NCBI GenBank assembly: GCA_030599585.1 | Contig: JAUVNS010000011.1 | Coordinates: 64,001 to 128,000, forward strand | DNA from: Promethearchaeota archaeon | GTDB lineage: Archaea; Asgardarchaeota; Lokiarchaeia; Sigyniarchaeales; SOKP01 | Direction of reading: 5' to 3' | DNA length: 64,000 bases | Shown: in pieces, positions 57,098 through 64,000 of the stretch | How positions within the stretch are numbered: position 1 is the first letter of the stretch | How the letters are laid out: every line of letters starts with the position of its first letter | The notes under the pieces: generated by a model | What the model was told of the DNA's origin: nothing | Seen by the model: only the letters and a program-made list of their open reading frames with translations | Databases searched by the model: none | Position numbers and translations under genes: made by a program

Positions 57098-59218
57098 TTA
57101 ATCGTCCTTATTAGTAAATTTAATTGTGTTATTCCTTGGTTCATAAAGAGTGCCTTCCTTAACCAGTTCTTCCAAAGCATCCCTAATCCATTTTTGATCT
57201 AAATCTTCTTCAAGCTCAAGAATTTGAATAACATTTTTTTTTTCTAAAGATTTCCAATTATTATCTTCAAAGATTTCCTTTAATCTGGTAAGCATTTTAT
57301 CAAGCTTAGTGATAGAGCTTCGAGATTGGCCAACTAAAATCCGATCCATATCAATCTTTCCCGTGCTTTCGTCGTAACCTGTGTCTTTTAAATACCTCTT
57401 AAATAATTTGATAATTTCTTCAACATCACTTTTAATGACTTTTTCCCTAAGTGCCATTTTTGCATAAGCTTCGCTTAATCGCACGAGAGCATCAAGATTT
57501 CTTGCTAAAATCGAAACAATCGCATCTTCACTATCGTATTGACCTCGTAGTTGTAAATAGAAAGCTTTAATTTTTTCTTTTGCTTCTTCAGTCAATACAG
57601 GAAAACATTTCCTTCTAGCATATTTAATATATTTTTTTAAAAGTTCTTCGTCAATAGGAGCTAATTTACTAGATTTAGTTTTTTCTTTCGGTCCTTCCAT
57701 TGAATTTTGTAATATAAACTCAGCCATTTGTGCATCATTAGCGGGATCTGGTTTGTCCGTAACTATAAATATTAAATCGAAACGGGATAATAGTGAAGGT
57801 GGAAGATTGATATTTTGTGTAGGTGTTTTATAGCGATCATACCTTCCAGTGCGAGGATTTGCTGCCGCTATGATTGCTGTCTGAGCTTTTAAAGTAGCTA
57901 CAATTCCTGCTTTAGCAATACTAACAGTTTGTTGCTCCATTGCTTCGTGAAGAGCGGAACGATCGGATGTGTCCATTTTGTCAAACTCGTCAATAGCAGC
58001 AACCCCACCATTAGCCAGAATAATGGCCCCCGCCTCAAGGTTCATTTGGCCGGTCTCATTGTCTTTAATAACCGCAGCAGTTAAACCTACTGCCGTTGAA
58101 CCTTTCCCTGATGTATACAAACCGCGAGGTGAAATGTCAATTGCGCTTTTTAGAATCTCTGATTTACCCGTACCTGGATCCCCCACAAATAAAATATGTA
58201 TATCTCCTCGTTTAAATCCTCCCCCGGGTCGTGGTTTTCTAGTACCCCCGAATAAACTTAATGCTGTCGCCATTTTCAAATCGTCTCTTCCATAGATAAC
58301 AGGGGATATAGACCTTGCTATTTTCTTTTGTATCATGGGTTCTTTTGATAATCTTTCAATCTCTTCTTTATCTTTTTTAGATAATTCAATAAGTCCTTCT
58401 GCCTTGTCTTCTGGATCGATGTAATTGACATCTATAAAAGTTTTGAAGAGTGTGCTATTCATGCTTTTAGTAGATTGCGCTAAAACTGATTTAAATGTCC
58501 CCATTAAAGTAACTCTATCGCCAGGCTTTACAGTATCTACTAAATCGTATGTTAATATTGCTTGAATCGCTCTAGGTATTCTACCAGGTGGCAGATCTTC
58601 TGGTATTTCTTGGATCATGACGCTCTGCCAATCTATAAATTCAGAATTTTTAGAAATAAGCCTGAAATCTGATTGAGATTTTGCTTTGCAGCGCGTATTA
58701 GAACAAAATTTAGGCCATTTTATTCTAGATGTAAGTTGTAAAACTTCAAATTTAGCACCACATGTCATACATTCGAACTCTGCTTTAATTAATTTTGGTC
58801 TTATCGTTGAACTCCTCACTAAAATTCCATTAGTCCACACCAAACGATCAATGTTTTTTGCCCTTAAACCTCTTAAAGTTATAAATAGGGGACTCTTTTC
58901 GTCTTTGGTTGTTATCCTAACGAAGTAATCTTGATTACTTAGACTACCACCTTGAAATTTCAGGATGTTCTTGAAAGCATCAATAGCATCTTCTAAAAGG
59001 GAACTAGGATCTTTTCTTAAAAGCTCAGCAATTTTAGAATCAAATGCTAATAAATCTTCGTAGGAAATAATTAAAATGTTGCCACTTTTTGAAATAACAT
59101 CATTAATCAAGTCTAAATATTTATATACTCCGGGTATTTCTTCAAATAATCTAAAAAATTCTTCAAAATGCTGAATTTTGTGAATAGGTACACTAGGGTT
59201 GGACATTGGCGTTGTCAA
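57098..59218 (-). CDS. mcm: MCM replicative helicase (no intein)
   Basis: Zn finger CMTC...CSNTRC, QEIPE, Walker A GDPGTGKS, Walker B IDEFDKM, HEAMEQQTVSIAKAG, SRFD; TTG start. Confidence 0.97.
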   Translation of the reverse strand: MTTPMSNPSVPIHKIQHFEEFFRLFEEIPGVYKYLDLINDVISKSGNILIISYEDLLAFDSKIAELLRKDPSSLLEDAIDAFKNILKFQGGSLSNQDYFVRITTKDEKSPLFITLRGLRAKNIDRLVWTNGILVRSSTIRPKLIKAEFECMTCGAKFEVLQLTSRIKWPKFCSNTRCKAKSQSDFRLISKNSEFIDWQSVMIQEIPEDLPPGRIPRAIQAILTYDLVDTVKPGDRVTLMGTFKSVLAQSTKSMNSTLFKTFIDVNYIDPEDKAEGLIELSKKDKEEIERLSKEPMIQKKIARSISPVIYGRDDLKMATALSLFGGTRKPRPGGGFKRGDIHILFVGDPGTGKSEILKSAIDISPRGLYTSGKGSTAVGLTAAVIKDNETGQMNLEAGAIILANGGVAAIDEFDKMDTSDRSALHEAMEQQTVSIAKAGIVATLKAQTAIIAAANPRTGRYDRYKTPTQNINLPPSLLSRFDLIFIVTDKPDPANDAQMAEFILQNSMEGPKEKTKSSKLAPIDEELLKKYIKYARRKCFPVLTEEAKEKIKAFYLQLRGQYDSEDAIVSILARNLDALVRLSEAYAKMALREKVIKSDVEEIIKLFKRYLKDTGYDESTGKIDMDRILVGQSRSSITKLDKMLTRLKEIFEDNNWKSLEKKNVIQILELEEDLDQKWIRDALEELVKEGTLYEPRNNTIKFTNKDD

Positions 59219-59224
59219 ACGAGA

Positions 59225-59230
59225 TCACCT
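59225..59230 (-). promoter_or_regulatory. Shine-Dalgarno site for mcm
   Basis: AGGTGA 6 nt upstream of the TTG start, supporting that start. Confidence 0.6.
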
Positions 59231-59397
59231 TTATTATAACATTGATATACCCAAATTATTTTTGGTGATATTTTAATCCAATATATTAACGATTTAAGCT
59301 TATTAAGCAGTAAATAAAATTTGTCGGAAAAAAATAATAAGAGATAATTAGTTTAGTGAAATACTCCACAGAAATATCGACAAAATCTTGGTTTTTT

Positions 59398-62300
59398 TTA
59401 ACCTTCTCTTAATTTATTTAGGATTTCGCAAATAATTTTATCTTGCGACATTTCACATCTAATTTTAAGCAATGCTATTACCCTCTTTTTTATTTTATCA
59501 TCTGCATATCTAACTGTTCGCCCCAATATAATTGCTATTGATTGTTGTGTTTCTATGGTGGATTCATCACTTAAATTTTTTAATAATTTCGAGAGCATTT
59601 TAGTTATACCCATTTCTTGGATGATTTTAACCATTACATCTACGGTTGTTGCTCTAACATCTTCTACTTCGTCTCCTAACAATGATATAATATTCTGAAA
59701 AACTCTATCTATCTCTAAAAAGCTATAAATATTTAATAAATTAGCAGCTCCTTCTCTAACCTTAGGGTCCTCGTTCGATAAATTTTCTAAAACTTTTACA
59801 AAGGGGATTTCAGATTCGGAAATTTCTTTAATTGAAGAAAGAATTTTCATAGATGATCGTCGGACCCAACTCTTATCGTCATCCATTAGACTTACTAAAT
59901 TCTTTATTATTACTTCCTTGTCTTCAATAAAAGGGATTAATTTTCCTAAACTTGCAACTGTAGCATCACGTACGATCCATTCTTCGTCAATTAAAGCCTG
60001 ATTAATTAAAGTATTAGCAGTAGCCACAGGCATGGTTTTTCCAATATATCCTAAAATTTCCACACTTGTTTCTCTAATGAATGAATCGGAATCTGATAAG
60101 TATTCTAAAACGAGAGGAACTGGAATGATATCCGGTATGCTTTTTGATATTTCCAATATAGATTTAGTTAAAACAATTCTAACAGATAATTCTTGTTCAG
60201 GGAGAAATCGTAATAATTCTGCTATTACAGATTTTAATGCTAGGGGTTTTGTTTTTGAAATTTTTGAAATAAAGTGAGCAGTTTCTTTCTTTAGAACAAT
60301 CTCATTTTCACTTTTAATTATTCCTAGTATTGAATTGAGGGCTATTAAATCAATGAAATCGTCTATTAACCCATCCAGCGAAGAGATAATATTAATTTTT
60401 GTATCAAGATCTTCCGAATTCAACTGATCAATTAGTTTTGGGATTATTTCATTAGGATATTTCTTGCATATCTTAATAATCGTTTGGGAAATAATACCTT
60501 TAGATATAAATTTTGTTTCATCTTTGATTCTGATTAATTTATCTAAAATTAGAGTTGGGTTTTTCTTAAAATTCTTAACTATAATATCTGAAATTACTTT
60601 TTTTAACTCGGGATTGTTGAATTTTATGAATATTAATAAAGTTGTTAATATCTTTTCGGGATTACTTTGCCATATTATCCCTAATAGAGAAACAATACTA
60701 TTTAACGAATCTAAATTTTCAGTATCAATTTGACTAATAATTTTTTCTAGATCGATGGACTTTGGTTCTTCAGCATAATATTTTTCTAAAGCTAAGACTG
60801 ATGATTTCCTTACTTTTTCATCTGAATATAGTAACCCTTCATAGAAAGATGAGATAGGAATAGAATTTTTTTTAAAGTTCCCTATTTTAGAAAGCACATC
60901 AAATATAGAAGCACGTACCTTACTATTAGTATCGTGCATCAAGGGAATTAATGTTTTAACAATATTGGAATCAAGTTTTTCTATATTCAGATTTTTCAAG
61001 TTTCGAATTGCCGCTGCTCTAATGTTTTGATTAGGGTGATGAATTTTATTTAGTAAGATTTCAGGTTTTACGCTCAATTTTGTCTCTGATAGCAGATTTA
61101 AAATTTCAATTTGAATGAGACTATTTGGATCGTTTAGTAGTTTCATTAAATTTATATCTTGAACTGAATCTTTTCCAATCTCTATTAATTTGGTTAACAT
61201 TTTTAACCCTATCAGTTTCATCCTCCACTCAGAATCGGATATTAAGTTTTTTATGATTTTTGTAGGGATTTTTTTTATTAACGAGTCTTCACCGTGAAGA
61301 ATTAATTCAGCAATAGGGATGCTTTTATCATAATTCGGTGATTCGAGAGCTTCTTCGATCCATGGTATAATTACCTCAGAGGCATCTTTCTCTAGTTTTT
61401 TTAATATTTGAATAGAAATTCTTCTTGAATTCGGATTTGAATCGCAGACTGCATCCAATAAAGAATTTTTATACTCCCAATCGCCCAAAGAAATTTCTGA
61501 TTTTAAAGGAATTCGCTCGAACATCATTAATAGGGTCTTCTCGGCGTGATCCCTAAGTATGGGATCAGAGCTTTTTATGAAATTAAATAAAGGTATAGCA
61601 TCAAATGTTTGACCGTATTCTATAATCTTAGAATATTTAAGATTTTTCTTAAATGTATTAGTTTTTGATATGAGATAATAAGTAGTAAATGTAAGCATAA
61701 AAATTTCTTCTATTATAGCTGCCCAAGCAAACATAACAGAATTAGGAATAAGTTCCGCTGAAAGAATCCAATAATTAAAAGTTTCCGTTAATTTATCTAT
61801 GTTAACTATTAAGAAATTTACTAACACATTAATTCCAATAGCTGCCATTAAATATGCGGCGAAATAAATATCGATGCCACGATATTTAATTTTACGCCCC
61901 CAAAATCGTGTAAAATAGCCTATAATGCCAAATAAAAGAGTTACAAAAACAAAATAAGAAGTCATCGTAGAAAATGCAAGTGATCCTGAAAAAAAATAAA
62001 TTATTGTCTGAATTAATGAAATCCATGCCCATATAAACACGAATATCATTAAACCTAACATAATGTATGGTTTTGGATTTGAAATAAATTGTTTCATGCC
62101 TCTTTTACTATCTTCAAAATTTAAAAATATGGACCTTTTAATGTCAGGAATGTGATAGTATTCGTTGGAAATCCCTGCAATGTAGCCCTTAGATCCATAA
62201 AAAGTAAGAATCATTAAAGGGTAAACAAGTAACCATGAAATCCATATCATTAAAAATGGCAAGCCTGTAAAAGACAGCAATAAAGGAGGTATGATAAATA

Positions 62301-62754
62301 AAAAATATAAGAGAACTGCCATTAACACAGAAATTATCTTACTTTTAGAAAAATTGATAATTTTATTACTAATAAATTTGTGAAACGGAGTGAGCCCTTC
62401 ATCTAATTCAGAACTTAAAGCAATGAAAAGGAAATCAATCAACGGATAGAGCGATATATATCCAATGCAAAAAACAAAAGGAATTAACAACGCAAGAGGG
62501 TTGATATTGGGGGGAGTTAAAGGGCTATTTTGCCAAAAATCGGGAGTTTTTACGGCAAAAATGAATGCCATCGCAATAACGATCATCACGCCTGCGCCGA
62601 AGATAAGCCCATATACTAAACACTGAAGGCGATCTCTAAGATTAAATTCTCCTTTTTTGACCAAAGCTACTTGTTTATAGATTATGAAGAATCCAACTGC
62701 GAATAACAATAAAAAAATTATAAAAAGAATAAGTTCAATAAGCAAATTATTCAC
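59398..62754 (-). CDS. Polytopic membrane protein (about 9 TM) fused to a long HEAT-repeat solenoid
   Basis: Hydrophobic segments in aa 1-365, then repeated HEAT-like units (DSDSFIRETSVEILG, DEEWIVRDATVASLG, DDKSWVRRSSMKIL, NEDPKVREGAANLL). Confidence 0.85.
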   Translation of the reverse strand: MNNLLIELILFIIFLLLFAVGFFIIYKQVALVKKGEFNLRDRLQCLVYGLIFGAGVMIVIAMAFIFAVKTPDFWQNSPLTPPNINPLALLIPFVFCIGYISLYPLIDFLFIALSSELDEGLTPFHKFISNKIINFSKSKIISVLMAVLLYFLFIIPPLLLSFTGLPFLMIWISWLLVYPLMILTFYGSKGYIAGISNEYYHIPDIKRSIFLNFEDSKRGMKQFISNPKPYIMLGLMIFVFIWAWISLIQTIIYFFSGSLAFSTMTSYFVFVTLLFGIIGYFTRFWGRKIKYRGIDIYFAAYLMAAIGINVLVNFLIVNIDKLTETFNYWILSAELIPNSVMFAWAAIIEEIFMLTFTTYYLISKTNTFKKNLKYSKIIEYGQTFDAIPLFNFIKSSDPILRDHAEKTLLMMFERIPLKSEISLGDWEYKNSLLDAVCDSNPNSRRISIQILKKLEKDASEVIIPWIEEALESPNYDKSIPIAELILHGEDSLIKKIPTKIIKNLISDSEWRMKLIGLKMLTKLIEIGKDSVQDINLMKLLNDPNSLIQIEILNLLSETKLSVKPEILLNKIHHPNQNIRAAAIRNLKNLNIEKLDSNIVKTLIPLMHDTNSKVRASIFDVLSKIGNFKKNSIPISSFYEGLLYSDEKVRKSSVLALEKYYAEEPKSIDLEKIISQIDTENLDSLNSIVSLLGIIWQSNPEKILTTLLIFIKFNNPELKKVISDIIVKNFKKNPTLILDKLIRIKDETKFISKGIISQTIIKICKKYPNEIIPKLIDQLNSEDLDTKINIISSLDGLIDDFIDLIALNSILGIIKSENEIVLKKETAHFISKISKTKPLALKSVIAELLRFLPEQELSVRIVLTKSILEISKSIPDIIPVPLVLEYLSDSDSFIRETSVEILGYIGKTMPVATANTLINQALIDEEWIVRDATVASLGKLIPFIEDKEVIIKNLVSLMDDDKSWVRRSSMKILSSIKEISESEIPFVKVLENLSNEDPKVREGAANLLNIYSFLEIDRVFQNIISLLGDEVEDVRATTVDVMVKIIQEMGITKMLSKLLKNLSDESTIETQQSIAIILGRTVRYADDKIKKRVIALLKIRCEMSQDKIICEILNKLREG

Positions 62755-62846
62755 GATATTTTTTGAAATATTAATATTTTAATACATTTATATTTCTGTA
62801 GCTTAAGATAAATTTAGTATAATAAAGAATTGAATATTATTAAATA

Positions 62847-63428
62847 TTGAATAAAACGTGTTTTAAGTTGGAAAAAATTGTAGTAAAACTCGAGGATTCT
62901 TTAAATCGGGTAAATTTTATTTTCAAAAACGAAAAAATCACTACCGAATGCATAGACAATTACAATCGTTTTTCCATACTAGGAAGCAATTTTGGCCCTT
63001 TTGAGAAAGGTGAAAAATATACGATACCCTTTTTTGTTGCACTCCCTCTCATAAAAAATAACATCCTTAAAATTGCATCAAACGAAAAATGCGATAATGT
63101 TGATGTCCAAAGATATGCTATAAGCGAAAGAGATAATCAGATGCTTATACAAAGAGATAACTTATATTTCTTAAACAAAATTAAGGAGTTTAAATTTTTC
63201 ATCGAAAAAGAGGTAGAAGAAAAGAACAAACCAAAAATAAATTCGGATTTGTTTACATCATATTCAACAAATATTGTGGATAGCCGGCTTTTAAAATTGC
63301 TAAAATTAGCTAAATCTAATCTATCTGTAGAAGATGAGAGGAGATTAACATCTTCTGAAATGATCCTGTTTAACAAGTTGTCTGAGCTAATAAAAGGTTG
63401 GAGAACATTTTTTTTAAATAACAAATAG
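62847..63428 (+). CDS. GINS complex subunit, GINS23 (Psf2/Psf3) type
   Basis: N-terminal B-domain FGPFEKGEKYTIPFFVALPLIKNNI, then helical A-domain SRLLKLLKLA...LTSSEMILFNKL...W; start uncertain. Confidence 0.72.
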   Translation: MNKTCFKLEKIVVKLEDSLNRVNFIFKNEKITTECIDNYNRFSILGSNFGPFEKGEKYTIPFFVALPLIKNNILKIASNEKCDNVDVQRYAISERDNQMLIQRDNLYFLNKIKEFKFFIEKEVEEKNKPKINSDLFTSYSTNIVDSRLLKLLKLAKSNLSVEDERRLTSSEMILFNKLSELIKGWRTFFLNNK

Positions 63429-63441
63429 AAACCATATAATT

Positions 63442-64000
63442 TTAGAATTTGATCTCCTTTTTACCATATTTTTTAAAGTAATTTTCAATATGGGTAGCGA
63501 CTGTTGGGTTAAGTTTTAATTTCGGTATTATATCTATTGCATCGCTCATTGAATAATATTTTACTCCTTTCTTGTTGAGGGCTTCTTCTACAGTAAATCC
63601 ATCATCTCTAATCTCATTTCGATTCGTTAAACCGATAGCAGCTATAATATTCACATTAATTTTTGTTAAATCATCAATTGTGTTAAGCATGGAACTTCCA
63701 GTTGTAGATGTGTCTTCAAGTAATATTACATTTCCTTTGGGAATTCCAAGAAAAAACTTATCCTTTAAATCCCCATGTTCCTTTGGTTTTCCCCGCCCCA
63801 TCGATAGCGTATACATACCAGGCTTTATTTTTTTATCCTTGAACGCCCATTTAAATTGAGTAATTATACCTAATTTCGTTGCTCCTTCAGGTACGCCATA
63901 AAAGCAATCTGGTTTAAGGTTTAGATGCTTTACAAATAATAAAAGATAATCACTAATCGTATTTAATAAAAAAACATCTTCAGCAACTGTTCTCCAATTT
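63442..64000 (-). CDS. pyrE: Orotate phosphoribosyltransferase-like protein (5' end outside the window)
   Basis: The frame is open to the window edge (NWRTVAED...FYGVPEGATKLG...), with RGKPKEHG and the PRPP motif VILLEDTSTTGSS. Confidence 0.82.
   Translation of the reverse strand, partial: NWRTVAEDVFLLNTISDYLLLFVKHLNLKPDCFYGVPEGATKLGIITQFKWAFKDKKIKPGMYTLSMGRGKPKEHGDLKDKFFLGIPKGNVILLEDTSTTGSSMLNTIDDLTKINVNIIAAIGLTNRNEIRDDGFTVEEALNKKGVKYYSMSDAIDIIPKLKLNPTVATHIENYFKKYGKKEIKF

Noticed and set aside
57098-59218. Intein in MCM
   Set aside because: The length (706 aa) and contiguous Walker motifs leave no room for one.
798-63859. Many short ORFs (60-135 aa) nested in or antisense to longer genes, e.g. 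798..986, 1906..2220, 10844..11245, 57969..58295, 63572..63859
   Set aside because: They overlap confidently identified genes and have no motifs of their own.
1-64000. Selenoprotein or TGA read-through (Lokiarchaeia are known to use Sec)
   Set aside because: The TGA-ending genes I checked (aglH, MazG, map, fbiB) hit another stop within a few codons; no Sec-type gene or convincing SECIS was seen by eye.
1-64000. CRISPR arrays, IS elements, integrases, rRNA
   Set aside because: No spaced direct repeats, transposase or integrase motifs, or long GC-rich structural RNA seen; nothing integrated at the tRNA 3' end.

Overview
AT-rich, gene-dense archaeal chromosomal window, very probably from an Asgard archaeon (Lokiarchaeia-like). 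Archaeal markers (MCM, GINS, type-2 MetAP, Sec61beta, a tRNA with a bulge-helix-bulge intron) sit alongside eukaryotic-signature-type proteins: ribophorin I-like, roadblock, gelsolin-domain, Rab-like GTPase, V4R/Bet3-like, longin-like and a HEAT solenoid. In order it holds: a peptide ABC transporter operon; a membrane-protein biogenesis/N-glycosylation neighbourhood (UbiA-type transferase, large M48 protease, AglH/GPT, tRNA-Gln, Trm112, ribophorin I, Sec61beta, sugar-modifying enzymes); mixed metabolic and ESP genes; LeuRS; a lipS2-lplA-lipS1-fbiB/cofE-cofD cofactor operon; a 7-gene MoxR/vWA operon whose 1476-aa transglutaminase-like Ig-repeat protein has lost its catalytic Cys and His; a polyproline/coiled-coil/Zn-ribbon protein; then HDAC, Rab-like GTPase, ADH, UvrD, MCM, a polytopic-membrane HEAT protein, GINS23 and a partial pyrE. 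No CRISPR, rRNA or mobile element was seen. All family calls come from motif recognition by eye, not from database searches.
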